A stretch of 64,000 nucleotides of DNA from Candidatus Bathyarchaeum tardum (GTDB taxonomy: Archaea; Thermoproteota; Bathyarchaeia; Bathyarchaeales; Bathyarchaeaceae). The notes beneath the pieces were generated by a model. It did no database searches. It was not told the origin of the DNA and saw nothing but the letters and a program-made list of their open reading frames with translations. Made by a program: the position numbers and the translations under genes. Position 1 is the stretch's first letter. Each line of letters begins with the position of its first letter. Where the stretch lies: positions 128,001 through 192,000 of the forward strand of contig CP122380.1 in NCBI GenBank assembly GCA_024650005.2, read 5' to 3'. Positions 39,277 to 49,068 of this stretch are shown in pieces.

Positions 39277-42200
39277 ATGCCCAAGTTTGAATGGATAAAA
39301 AAAGTTATAGTACTGGGTAGCGGAGCCATCAAAATCGGCGAAGCCGCAGAATTTGATTATTCTGGTAGTCAATGCTTGAAGGCTCTTCGTGAAGAAGGAA
39401 TAGAAACTGTTCTAGTTAACCCTAACATTGCAACCATACAAACTGACCCTCGGCTTGCAGGGAAAGTCTACTTGTTGCCTGTAACTCCAGAGTTTGTGGA
39501 AGAAGTAATCGCTAAAGAACGCCCCGACGCTATTATGCTCAGTTTTGGAGGACAAACTGCCCTTAATTGTGGAGTTAAACTTGCCCAGAGCGGTGTTTTG
39601 GACAAATATGGTGTTAGGGTTTTGGGAACCCCAGTTAAAACTATCGAAGACACCGAAGACCGGGAACTGTTTCGTCAGTCTATGTTGAAGGCTGGTGTTT
39701 CCATCGCCAAAAGCAAAGCTGCCAGTACTTTGGAAGACGCCGTGGAAGTCGGCCGAGAAATAGGTTATCCTGTTATCATCCGTGTAGCTTACACTTTGGG
39801 CGGTAAAGGTTCAGGAGTAGCATACGACGAAGAAAAACTCAAAGACATCGTCAGCAAAGCTTTGGGTCAGAGCATGATTTCTCAGGTTCTTATTGAAGAG
39901 TACTTAGGCCACTGGAAAGAAGTGGAATACGAAGTCATGCGAGACTACGACGACAACTGTATAATCGTATGTAACATGGAAAACTTTGACCCCATGGGCG
40001 TACACACGGGAGACTCAATTGTAGTGGCCCCTTCACAAACCCTTTCAAACAGGGAATACCACCTTCTTCGTTCAGCCTCCATAAACGCTATACGCAGCTT
40101 AGGTGTAGTCGGCGAATGTAACATCCAATGGGCTTTGGACAAAGAATCAGAAGAAATCCGCGCAATAGAAGTCAACGCCCGACTCTCACGAAGCTCTGCC
40201 TTGGCAAGCAAAGCCACCGGATACCCCATTGCGTATATTGCTGCTAAGTTGTGTATTGGTTACACGTTGCCTGAACTGCAAAACAAGGTAACCCATGTAA
40301 CTACTGCTTGTTTTGAGCCCGCACTTGACTATTTGGTAGTAAAGTATCCTCGCTGGGACTTGCAAAAATTCAAAAACGTCGACCGCCATGTCGGTCCCCA
40401 AATGAAATCTGTCGGCGAAGTTATGGGAATTGGACGATGTTTCGAAGAAGCCTTACAGAAAGCCATTCGCATGCTGGATATTGGCAAGTTTGGTTTGGTC
40501 TGTAACGCAGAAGAAGACGAACCAGAATCCCCCGAAACAATCAAGGATGTTTTGGCTCATCCTACCGACCAGCGTTTGTACATGATTGTAAAAGCCCTCA
40601 AACAGGGTATGTCTATTGAAGAAATTTATGATTTAAGCGGTGTGGACCCGTTCTTTTTGCACAAAATCAAAAACGTTATCGATATGCAAAACAAGCTGGA
40701 AACCATAAGCCAACAAGACATCGACTTTTTTGAAACTTTGCGCGAGGCAAAACGAATCGGTTTTTCTGACCTGCAAATTGGCATTTGCCGCGGCACAGAC
40801 CAGTTTACCATACGAAAGCTCCGACAGCAAGCAAACATTGTTCCTGCAGTTAAGCAGATTGATACTCTTGCAGCTGAGTGGCCCGCCAAGACTAACTACT
40901 TGTATTTGACTTACGGGGGTGACGAGGACGATATCCAGTTTTCTTCAGAGAAAAAGAAAGTCATTGTTCTTGGTGCAGGAGTTTTCCGGATTGGCTCCAG
41001 TGTCGAGTTTGACTGGTGCGGAGTCAACACCATATGGGCTCTCAAAAAGAACGACATCGACGAAGCTATCATGATTAACTATAACCCCGAAACTGTTTCC
41101 ACAGACTACGACATGAGCGACAAGCTCTACTTTGAAGAATTAACCCTTGAACGAATATTGGACATTTACGAAAAAGAACAACCCATGGGTATAATCGCAA
41201 GTGTGGGAGGACAAATTCCTAACAATGTTGCCCTTAAATTGTCCAATGTGGGCGTAAACATTTTGGGAACTACTGGAAAAAGCATTGATCAAGCTGAAGA
41301 TCGTGTCAAATTCAGTGCGTTACTTGATACCCTTGGAATTCCTCAGCCTGAATGGCGGGATTTGTCCACAGCAAGTGACCTCAAAAAGTTTGCTGCAAAG
41401 GTCGATTATCCAGTTCTTATTCGTCCTAGTTACGTGTTGTCTGGTTCTGCAATGCGGGTTGCTTACACCGAAGATGAACTGGAAGATTATTTAAAATTAG
41501 CTGCTAAAGTTTCTCCGGACCATCCTGTGGTAATTTCAAAGTTTATCGAAAATGCCAAAGAAGTAGAAGTTGACGGAGTATACGACGGCGAAGATAACAT
41601 CATCGGAGCCATTGTTGAACACGTTGAAAACGCTGGAGTTCACAGCGGTGATGCAACTATGGGAATTCCTGCATTAACCTTAGACAGTGATGTGCTGCAA
41701 ACAGTTAGTCTCTATACCGACAAAATTGTTGAAGCCCTAAAAATCAGGGGTCCTTATAACATCCAGTATCTAGTAAAGGACGGCGTAACCTACGTTATTG
41801 AATGCAACCTGCGGGCTTCCCGAAGTATGCCTTATGTAAGTAAAACACGGGGCGTAAACATGATAGAACTTGCAACCCGTGCCATGTTGGGCAAAAAATT
41901 CAAGGATTCGGGTTTTATTGATTTGCCCGAAATTAGCCATGTTGGCGTGAAAGTTCCACAGTTCAGTTTCATGCGCCTGAGTGGAGCAGACCCTGTTCTG
42001 GGCGTGGAAATGCTCAGCACTGGGGAAGTTGCTTGTCTGGGTGAAAACTTTACAGATGCTCTTTCAAAAGCGTTGCAGTCTGCGGAATTCAAGATGCCCC
42101 CTTATGGTGGCTCAGTTTTAATTACTGTCGGTGGAAAAGAACTCAAAAAACAGGTTGTGCCCATTGGACAAGCATTACGCAAACTCAATTTCAAAATTTA

Positions 42201-42552
42201 TGCAACCCAAAACACTGCTAAGGCGCTACAAGATGCGGGCGTAGATAATGTCTTTGTTTTGCATAAGGTTCGAGAAAAAGCTCAAAGCCCTAATATTGTT
42301 GATTACTTGCAAAATGGCAAAATCCATCTGGTTATCAACATCCCCATGCCAAATCATATGGTAAAGTTCTCTGAAGTTCTTGACGATGAATACACCATCC
42401 GCAGGTTGGCGGTTGAATTTAACATTCCTGTAGTAACTAACCTTCAGTTGGCGTCTGCATTAACAAAAATCCTGGAACAACGGGAAGCAAACAAATTTGA
42501 CATCCGTTCATTGAATGATTACATGGATAGCTTACCCAGAAAATTTTGGTAA
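39277..42552 (+). CDS. carB: Carbamoyl-phosphate synthase large chain
   Basis: GSGAIKIGEAAEFDYSG, two ATP-grasp halves, C-terminal MGS-like domain. Confidence 0.97.
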   Translation: MPKFEWIKKVIVLGSGAIKIGEAAEFDYSGSQCLKALREEGIETVLVNPNIATIQTDPRLAGKVYLLPVTPEFVEEVIAKERPDAIMLSFGGQTALNCGVKLAQSGVLDKYGVRVLGTPVKTIEDTEDRELFRQSMLKAGVSIAKSKAASTLEDAVEVGREIGYPVIIRVAYTLGGKGSGVAYDEEKLKDIVSKALGQSMISQVLIEEYLGHWKEVEYEVMRDYDDNCIIVCNMENFDPMGVHTGDSIVVAPSQTLSNREYHLLRSASINAIRSLGVVGECNIQWALDKESEEIRAIEVNARLSRSSALASKATGYPIAYIAAKLCIGYTLPELQNKVTHVTTACFEPALDYLVVKYPRWDLQKFKNVDRHVGPQMKSVGEVMGIGRCFEEALQKAIRMLDIGKFGLVCNAEEDEPESPETIKDVLAHPTDQRLYMIVKALKQGMSIEEIYDLSGVDPFFLHKIKNVIDMQNKLETISQQDIDFFETLREAKRIGFSDLQIGICRGTDQFTIRKLRQQANIVPAVKQIDTLAAEWPAKTNYLYLTYGGDEDDIQFSSEKKKVIVLGAGVFRIGSSVEFDWCGVNTIWALKKNDIDEAIMINYNPETVSTDYDMSDKLYFEELTLERILDIYEKEQPMGIIASVGGQIPNNVALKLSNVGVNILGTTGKSIDQAEDRVKFSALLDTLGIPQPEWRDLSTASDLKKFAAKVDYPVLIRPSYVLSGSAMRVAYTEDELEDYLKLAAKVSPDHPVVISKFIENAKEVEVDGVYDGEDNIIGAIVEHVENAGVHSGDATMGIPALTLDSDVLQTVSLYTDKIVEALKIRGPYNIQYLVKDGVTYVIECNLRASRSMPYVSKTRGVNMIELATRAMLGKKFKDSGFIDLPEISHVGVKVPQFSFMRLSGADPVLGVEMLSTGEVACLGENFTDALSKALQSAEFKMPPYGGSVLITVGGKELKKQVVPIGQALRKLNFKIYATQNTAKALQDAGVDNVFVLHKVREKAQSPNIVDYLQNGKIHLVINIPMPNHMVKFSEVLDDEYTIRRLAVEFNIPVVTNLQLASALTKILEQREANKFDIRSLNDYMDSLPRKFW

Positions 42553-42574
42553 AAAACCACAAAATGAGAGGTTT

Positions 42575-43885
42575 TTATCCTCTCGGTATTATCTTTATTT
42601 TTCGTTGGAACTTTAGTTTGGCTGTCAAGATTTTTTCTGTACCAAACAGTCTAGAGGCAATGAACAGCACCACAATAGTGAAAACTGCCATGTATGCAAT
42701 TCCTCCAAGGGCTCCTATGTAGTTTCCAGTGAAGGTTACGTTTGTTGCCAGCATCGAGTGAGTAAAAGGAATTGCAAGCAGAATAATAGACATCGGGAAT
42801 GGTAGGGCGTTGATGTCAGTGTACATTGTGAATATCATTGGAATTATGAACAATATCGATAAAGGACCAACTAATGCTTGTGCGCCTCTGACGTCTTCAG
42901 CAAAAACTGACAAGGAAATTGCTAATGCCAATGCTGAAAGCAGTGCCATAAACAATGAAACGCCCAGAATTGCATAGGATTCAATTGTTGGTGCTAGTCC
43001 TAGAGCGACTAGGTCTACGTTGCCTGTGCCCAAAAGTCCAGTGAAAGAGTTCATGTAATACATGAACCCAACAATGTATGCTATGGAACCTACAAGGGCC
43101 ACTACTATCGAGCCTGTTAGTTTTCCTGCTAAAATTGTGGTTCGGTTAATTGGCATTGTCAATAAGGTTTCGAGGGTTTTTTCTTCTTTTTCTGAAGCAA
43201 CTGCTGTTGCCGCCAACTGCATTGCAAAAATTAGCAAAGCCATTATTCCTGCCGGCATTGCTATTGATTGAGAAATCATCAAACTGAACAAGGTATCAGG
43301 ACTGACATCAGCACTTTTTCCTTTAACGATTGATTTTTCTTCAAAACTTATTGGATTCAATATTTCTGTGGAGTTTGCATCTGGGAATCCTTGTTGAATT
43401 CTTTGATCGATGATATAATTTTCAAAACTGAAAAGTATACTGTTAATTGCAGAAGATTTTGTTGCTGAAGCTATTCCACCTCCTCCTTCGAAGGGTGTGT
43501 AAACTGTGAGACTTCCTGTTTTTCCCTCAGTTATGTTTTGACTGAATCCTTCAGGGATGATTACCAAGTTTGTAATGTTTGAATCTTGAATCTGCGTGAT
43601 CGCTTGGTCTAATGACATGTCATCAAGGGATGTAATTGAAAAATTAAACAATCCCAAATAATTTCCAAGATTTAATGCAACATCCCCTTGGTCCTGATCT
43701 ATTAGGGCTATTGATGTTTCTTGGATGCTTTGTTCTGCGGATTCCATTGAAGTTTGAATTGCAAAACCCATCAAGGGGAACATTATCAACGGAACAATTA
43801 TCATGCTTAACAAGATTTTGGGGTCTCTTGCTAGTTCTTTGACTTCTTTTATTACAATTGTTAATAATCCTTCAAGCAAATCCAA
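42575..43885 (-). CDS. ABC-2 exporter permease (NatB-like)
   Basis: KEVKELARD, ASEKEEKTLETLLTMP, LAGK, IPFTH. Confidence 0.88.
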   Translation of the reverse strand: MDLLEGLLTIVIKEVKELARDPKILLSMIIVPLIMFPLMGFAIQTSMESAEQSIQETSIALIDQDQGDVALNLGNYLGLFNFSITSLDDMSLDQAITQIQDSNITNLVIIPEGFSQNITEGKTGSLTVYTPFEGGGGIASATKSSAINSILFSFENYIIDQRIQQGFPDANSTEILNPISFEEKSIVKGKSADVSPDTLFSLMISQSIAMPAGIMALLIFAMQLAATAVASEKEEKTLETLLTMPINRTTILAGKLTGSIVVALVGSIAYIVGFMYYMNSFTGLLGTGNVDLVALGLAPTIESYAILGVSLFMALLSALALAISLSVFAEDVRGAQALVGPLSILFIIPMIFTMYTDINALPFPMSIILLAIPFTHSMLATNVTFTGNYIGALGGIAYMAVFTIVVLFIASRLFGTEKILTAKLKFQRKIKIIPRG

Positions 43886-44603
43886 CTACCTCCCCGAATA
43901 CATCTTCAAGGTTAACAGCGTTGTATTTTGTTTTAAGTTCTTCTGGGGTGCCTTCCACGACAACTTTTCCTTTGTATATTATTGCTACCCGATCACACAA
44001 GAACTCAACTTCAAGCATGTTGTGGCTGGACAAGAGCACTGTTACCCCTTTTTCTTTTGCATAACGTTTGATAAGATTTCGAACATGAACAGAATGCAAT
44101 ACATCCAAACCGCTGTTTGGTTCATCCAATATCGCCAGTTTGGGTTTTGTCATTAAGGCTCGGGCAACTAAAAGTCTGCGTTTCATTCCTTTACTATAAC
44201 CTTTTACTTTGTCCTTGAGGCGCTCTCCTAACCCAGAAATTTCTGCTGCATCATCAACTAATTGTTGAATTGCATTTTTATCTTTAGTTGTAAAACTTGC
44301 CATAAATCTGAGGTATTCAAATCCTGACAGGTTTTTGTAAGCCCCTGCTTCTTCTGGAAGATAACTGATTATGTTACGGACTTTTGCCGCTTCATTAACT
44401 ACTTCATTGCCAAAAACGGTTATCGTCCCCTCTGTGGGTAACAGAAGAGTAGAAACAATTCTCAGGGTGGTTGTTTTTCCTGCGCCGTTCAATCCGATTA
44501 ATCCAAAGATTTCGCCCTCATTTATTGTGAAACTTAATCCATCAAGGGCTCTGACGTTTCCGAAATCTTTTACTACATTTTTTGCTTGAACTGCAATTCC
44601 CAT
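43872..44603 (-). CDS. ABC transporter ATP-binding protein (NatA-like)
   Basis: GLNGAGKTT, YSKGMKRR, ILDEP, SSH. Confidence 0.93.
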   Translation of the reverse strand: MGIAVQAKNVVKDFGNVRALDGLSFTINEGEIFGLIGLNGAGKTTTLRIVSTLLLPTEGTITVFGNEVVNEAAKVRNIISYLPEEAGAYKNLSGFEYLRFMASFTTKDKNAIQQLVDDAAEISGLGERLKDKVKGYSKGMKRRLLVARALMTKPKLAILDEPNSGLDVLHSVHVRNLIKRYAKEKGVTVLLSSHNMLEVEFLCDRVAIIYKGKVVVEGTPEELKTKYNAVNLEDVFGEVVGFA

Positions 44604-44629
44604 AAAATCTTATCCCACTTTTGGTATGC

Positions 44630-45205
44630 TTATAGAAGCATCTTCAATAAATCTGCTTTGGTAACTATGCCTACTACTTTTCCCTTCGCCAAAATCAAAA
44701 CCGCTGGATAAACCCGCAACAGATTTGAAATCAGGGGCAATGGAGCATCCTCTCCTACTTGAGGAAACGCTTCCTCCATCACGTCGGCAACAGAAAATTT
44801 CGAAACTTGTGACAAATCTTTGCCTGCAGAAACTTTTCCTATTATTGTCTTTTCTGAAATGCTACCCACGGCGTGTTCCCCGTCAAATACTGGAAGCTGA
44901 GAATAACCATGTTCTGCCATTGTTTGAACCGCTTTAGATACTGGATCTGTTTTTTGTATCCCAATTACTTTGTTGTGGAGTACTTCTTCGGCTAGAACTT
45001 CTGTTTGTGTTTGCAGCCTTTCTAACGTGTCAAAAATGGATTTTACTTTGGTATATGCGGGGTCAATTTTTTGGGATTCAAGTTTTGCTATTAGAGATTG
45101 GCTTACCCCTGCTAGTCTTGCAAGTTTTTGTTGGGTCAGTCCCATTAATCTGCGTTTTTTTGCTACTTCTTCGATTGCAGGTAACATGATTTGACTTTTA
45201 ATCAA
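44630..45205 (-). CDS. XRE-HTH + CBS-pair transcriptional regulator
   Basis: LTQQKLARLAGVSQSLIAKLES followed by CBS motifs YSQLPV and VVGIVTKAD. Confidence 0.9.
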   Translation of the reverse strand: MIKSQIMLPAIEEVAKKRRLMGLTQQKLARLAGVSQSLIAKLESQKIDPAYTKVKSIFDTLERLQTQTEVLAEEVLHNKVIGIQKTDPVSKAVQTMAEHGYSQLPVFDGEHAVGSISEKTIIGKVSAGKDLSQVSKFSVADVMEEAFPQVGEDAPLPLISNLLRVYPAVLILAKGKVVGIVTKADLLKMLL

Positions 45206-45310
45206 CCCATTAATATTCTTTTTGGAATTTTTTTTTCAGTAAAATATTAAAATAGTAATGACCTTTCCTATGTTTCATATCCCTGCGACAGGGCTAGGAG
45301 ACTACAAAAA

Positions 45311-46819
45311 TTGTCATCCAAACAAAAACAGAACAGACGGTCTATTGCTGAAATCAACCAGAAAATCAAATCTGGCGACGTTCAGGTTCTGACCGCTGAA
45401 GAAATGAAGAAACTCGTGGAAAGCAGCGGCGTTGAAGTCGCATACAAAGAAGTTGATGTAGTTACTACTGGAACTTTTGGAGCCATGTGTTCCTCAGGCG
45501 CAATAATCAATCTTGGACACGCAGATCCCCCCATCAAAATTCAGAGGGCTTGGCTTAATGATGTTGAAGTCAGTCACACAGGTGCTGCTGTTGACTTATT
45601 TGTTGGTGCTACCCAGATGTCCGAAACTAACCCCTTTGAGTATGGAGGCGGACACGTAATAGAGGACCTAATTGCAGGAAAAGAAATCGAAGTACGCGCC
45701 ACCTCATACGGAACAGACTGTTATCCTCGAACTAAACTGGACACCACCATAACCAAAGATGATCTAAACCAGTTTTATTTGCTGAATTTCCGCAACTGTT
45801 ACCAACGTTACGTTTGCGCCACAAACAGTCGTGACGAAATAATTTACACCTACATGGGTAAACTTTTGCCCAAATTCAGAAACGCAACCTATTCTGGGGC
45901 TGGGGGATTGAATCCTTTGATGAACGATCCCGACTATGAAACTATCGGAATTGGTACTCGAATATTCTTAGGGGGTGGTCAAGGCTACGTTATCGGAGAA
46001 GGCACCCAACACGACCCTACTAACAGGTTTGGCACTTTAATGGTTCGGGGAGACTGCAAACAAATGAGTCAAGAATTCATTCGTGGTGGGGCTTTCACTC
46101 AGTACGGTACAAGTATGTATGTTGGTATGGGAATTCCTATTCCAATCCTCAATGAAGGATTAGCTAAAAAAACTGCAGTGTGTGATGAAGAAATTTTAAC
46201 CGACATAGTAGATTATGGAGTCCCCCGCAGAGGACGACCCAAACTAGGTCAAGTCAGTTATGCCAACTTGAAATCTGGAGAAGTAACAATTAACGACCGC
46301 ACAGTCAAGGTCAGTTCTCTTTCAAGCCTGAAAAAAGCAAGAAAAATTGCAGCGATATTAAAATCATGGATAGAACACGGAGATTTTTATTTGTCTGTAC
46401 CTGCTGAAACCCTGCCGACTGCTTCAGTTTGCAATCCAATGCATCAAACCAGTCAAGTCGCCTTTGTTAGTGCCGTAGCCCACGATGCAGTTACGTGTAC
46501 GGTGGATGAAGACATCAAAACAGTTGCTCAACGGATAATCACCAAATCAGTTAATCACGTGGTTGTAGTCGACAAAACTGGAGAACTAAAAGGAATTGTA
46601 ACTTCTTGGGATTTGACTAGGGCTGTTGCTGAAGGCAAAACTCAGCTAGCTGACGTTATCACCAAAAAAGTCTACACAACAACTCCTGAGGAAACTGTAG
46701 AAGTTGCTTCCCGTAAGATGGCTCAACATCATATCAGTGCGTTGCCGGTTTTGGATCATCAAAACAAAGTTGTAGGTTTGATATCAACAGAAGACATCGC
46801 CAAATTAAGGGGAAGGTGA
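45311..46819 (+). CDS. L-aspartate semialdehyde sulfurtransferase (DUF39 + CBS; MA1821/MJ0100-like homocysteine biosynthesis protein)
   Basis: RSIAEINQKI, DVVTTGTFGAMCSSG, YGTDCYPR, IYTYMG, NDP...TIGIGTRIFLGG, C-terminal CBS pair. Confidence 0.9.
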   Translation: MSSKQKQNRRSIAEINQKIKSGDVQVLTAEEMKKLVESSGVEVAYKEVDVVTTGTFGAMCSSGAIINLGHADPPIKIQRAWLNDVEVSHTGAAVDLFVGATQMSETNPFEYGGGHVIEDLIAGKEIEVRATSYGTDCYPRTKLDTTITKDDLNQFYLLNFRNCYQRYVCATNSRDEIIYTYMGKLLPKFRNATYSGAGGLNPLMNDPDYETIGIGTRIFLGGGQGYVIGEGTQHDPTNRFGTLMVRGDCKQMSQEFIRGGAFTQYGTSMYVGMGIPIPILNEGLAKKTAVCDEEILTDIVDYGVPRRGRPKLGQVSYANLKSGEVTINDRTVKVSSLSSLKKARKIAAILKSWIEHGDFYLSVPAETLPTASVCNPMHQTSQVAFVSAVAHDAVTCTVDEDIKTVAQRIITKSVNHVVVVDKTGELKGIVTSWDLTRAVAEGKTQLADVITKKVYTTTPEETVEVASRKMAQHHISALPVLDHQNKVVGLISTEDIAKLRGR

Positions 46820-47238
46820 GTAAAATGGATAGAATATTGTTAAGATTTTCAGAAGAAAATGTTGCAGAACCAATTACTTCCCAGGTTATTCTTGAACTTG
46901 GAATTCCAATGAGAATCGTAACTGCTACTGTGAATTCTTCCGGTGGAGATATCCTAGTTGAAGTCCCCAAAGTTCATGTTCAACAAATCGTCAAAGCCTT
47001 CCAAGCCAAAGGCGTGGTTGTGAAGTTTCCTAAACTCATCGAAGTAGACTCTGACAAATGCATCGACTGCGGTGCATGTTATGCTTTGTGCCCTGTAGAC
47101 GCCATCTCATATGACAAAGACTACTCCGTAGTGTTCGATGACAAAATCTGCATCGGGAGCCCCTGTGGCTTGTGTGTTGATGCATGTCCTGCCCGTGCCA
47201 TTAATCTTGTTGAGCAGCAGCGAAACAGCAAAAAATGA
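46816..47238 (+). CDS. NIL domain + 2x[4Fe-4S] ferredoxin (MA1822-like)
   Basis: LRFS..V.EPITS NIL region; CIDCGACYALCP and CIGSPCGLCVDACP. Confidence 0.88.
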   Translation: MSKMDRILLRFSEENVAEPITSQVILELGIPMRIVTATVNSSGGDILVEVPKVHVQQIVKAFQAKGVVVKFPKLIEVDSDKCIDCGACYALCPVDAISYDKDYSVVFDDKICIGSPCGLCVDACPARAINLVEQQRNSKK

Positions 47239-47942
47239 CAAACAAAAAACTGTTTAAACAGGCTTTTCGCTACAAAGAATCAGACTGTGCCATAGTTTCA
47301 GATACAAAATCTGGAATAGAAACCGCAAAATCGTCAATTAAACGCAACTTACAGCTCCTTGAAGAGTATATTAAAAAAAATCCTCGCTTTCTTTTTTCTC
47401 TTGACCCTGTTCCAGTAACTAATGCTCCTGACGTGGCACGTTTGATGGCTGAAGCCTCGGAAAAAGCCAAAGTGGGTCCAATGGCTGCTGTAGCTGGGGT
47501 TTTAGCTGACTTGGCTGTACAAGATATGGTTGATTCTGGATGCAAAGTTGCAGTAGTAGAAAACGGCGGTGAAGCCTACGCAGTATCGAATCAACCTATT
47601 GATGTTGGTTTTGCTGCAGGGGACGAACCCCTATCAAAGGAAATGGGCTTTAGGCTCAAACAGTTCCCCCTAGGGGTGGCAACTAGTTCTGGCAAATTCA
47701 GTCACGCTTTTAGTTTTGGGGACGCCGATGCAGTAACAATTTTTGCTATCAACGCTGGACTTGCAGACGCCGCTGCTACTTCTGTTGCAAACCTGATAAC
47801 TGGAAACGATGTTAAAGCCACAATAAAAACGGGATTAAACGCCGCCTTAAGCATCGACGGGGTTAAAGGGGTTTTCATTTTGTATCATGAAATTGTGGGA
47901 AAAGGCGGACAAGTACCCGAAATGATAAAACTTAACCCTTAA
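47235..47942 (+). CDS. UPF0280 / ApbE-like protein (COG2122, MA1715-like)
   Basis: VGPMAAVAG, VENGGE, GVATSSG..HA.SFG.ADAV, ADAAAT. Confidence 0.88.
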   Translation: MTNKKLFKQAFRYKESDCAIVSDTKSGIETAKSSIKRNLQLLEEYIKKNPRFLFSLDPVPVTNAPDVARLMAEASEKAKVGPMAAVAGVLADLAVQDMVDSGCKVAVVENGGEAYAVSNQPIDVGFAAGDEPLSKEMGFRLKQFPLGVATSSGKFSHAFSFGDADAVTIFAINAGLADAAATSVANLITGNDVKATIKTGLNAALSIDGVKGVFILYHEIVGKGGQVPEMIKLNP

Positions 47943-48045
47943 TTAGAAACAATTTTGTGTTCCTTTAGTTTTCAAGAAAAAAGCCGTTTTTAACATTGCG
48001 TTGTTATTAGTATGCATATATCTTTTCAATTGTTGTTTGATTGTT

Positions 48046-48660
48046 TTACTCTTCGAGTTTGTTTAGGATGTATTTGTAGAGAATTACCATTACAAGAACA
48101 ATGAATACTACGATAAGCAACGGTGTCCATTCTGGATATTCTGAGATTGTTTCTATGTTTTGGTTTAAACTGCTGTGATTTATGGTAAAGTAAACTATGC
48201 TACTGTCCAGTCCCATGATGTTGTCGGCGTTGTATCGTGCATAAACTGCTATGTTGTGAGGACCATCAGTTAATTCGGGCAAAGCAACAGAACCATTGAT
48301 TATTAAAGGAACCATTAATGTTGAATTAACTACTACTGTTGTTCCGTTAGCGTAAGTTCTTGTTACCTCTCTGGTTTTTTGGGTTCCTGTTAATGGAATT
48401 GTGCCGTTTTCTTTCCCATCAATGCTGTAGCTTACTTGGGCATAGTTTGGACTCAACAAAAACTTGAAATTCACACCCAAATTCAACTCGTTGGAATTAT
48501 AGGTGCTATTTTCGGGAGATGTAATGGTAATTTGAGCTGCAAGAGGGAATCCTTCCCCAGATTCTGTATATTGTGGCTTAACTGCGGGAACTCCTGTTGT
48601 TGCAAAGGAAATTAGAAATGCGAAAACTAAAACAATACCTTTTTTTTGCACTACTTTCAC
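48046..48660 (-). CDS. Secreted/surface protein with Ig-like domain and C-terminal membrane anchor
   Basis: Signal peptide; ITITSPENSTY...YSIDG...L.DGPHNI.VYA; many N-x-S/T sequons; ISEYPEW + TM + basic residues. Confidence 0.75.
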   Translation of the reverse strand: MKVVQKKGIVLVFAFLISFATTGVPAVKPQYTESGEGFPLAAQITITSPENSTYNSNELNLGVNFKFLLSPNYAQVSYSIDGKENGTIPLTGTQKTREVTRTYANGTTVVVNSTLMVPLIINGSVALPELTDGPHNIAVYARYNADNIMGLDSSIVYFTINHSSLNQNIETISEYPEWTPLLIVVFIVLVMVILYKYILNKLEE

Positions 48661-48747
48661 CTTATTGCTTTTACATTGTTGTCTGTTTTTCCATTGTACA
48701 GTTCATCCTGTGCTTGTGAAAACTGATTATATTCATTAATTATTTCT

Positions 48748-48830
48748 AAAAAAAACAGGGTAGCTACAAGAGACAGACTCCTCAGACTGCAGTTTTTTCT
48801 TGTAGCTTTAATCATGCACGTTCCCCTGTG
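48748..48830 (-). ncRNA. Candidate structured small RNA or leader (about 80 nt)
   Basis: Nested stems ACAGGG/CCCTGT and AGCTACAAGA/TCTTGTAGCT. On the minus strand a T-run follows and a TTTTATCA lies about 22 nt before. Confidence 0.35.
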
Positions 48831-48868
48831 TGTATATTTTGGGCTTATTTTCTGATAAAAGCCTATTT

Positions 48869-48931
48869 ATCAAGAATTCTTGACAAACTAAACGCATAAC
48901 ATCCATTTTTTAGTCAAACTTTCTTGACTAA
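48869..48931. promoter_or_regulatory. Two TCAA-N6-TTGA palindromes (candidate operators)
   Basis: ATCAA-GAATTC-TTGAC (48869-48884) and TTAGTCAA-ACTTTC-TTGACTAA (48910-48931, perfect 8-bp arms). Confidence 0.55.
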
Positions 48932-49068
48932 TTATAAAATGTATATTTTTTAGTGTTCTACTTTCGGAACATCCAACAATTTTCCCGAGTTTTAGCGAAA
49001 AAGGTTCTTGATTATACTCTAATTTTTTAAACTAGACTGATGCATTAGTCTGTGTTGGTGTATATTGG

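Noticed and set aside
35350-42552. Higher GC and more C-ending codons in argG-carB as a sign of horizontal transfer
   Set aside because: An impression only, not computed, and equally explained by expression-related codon bias.
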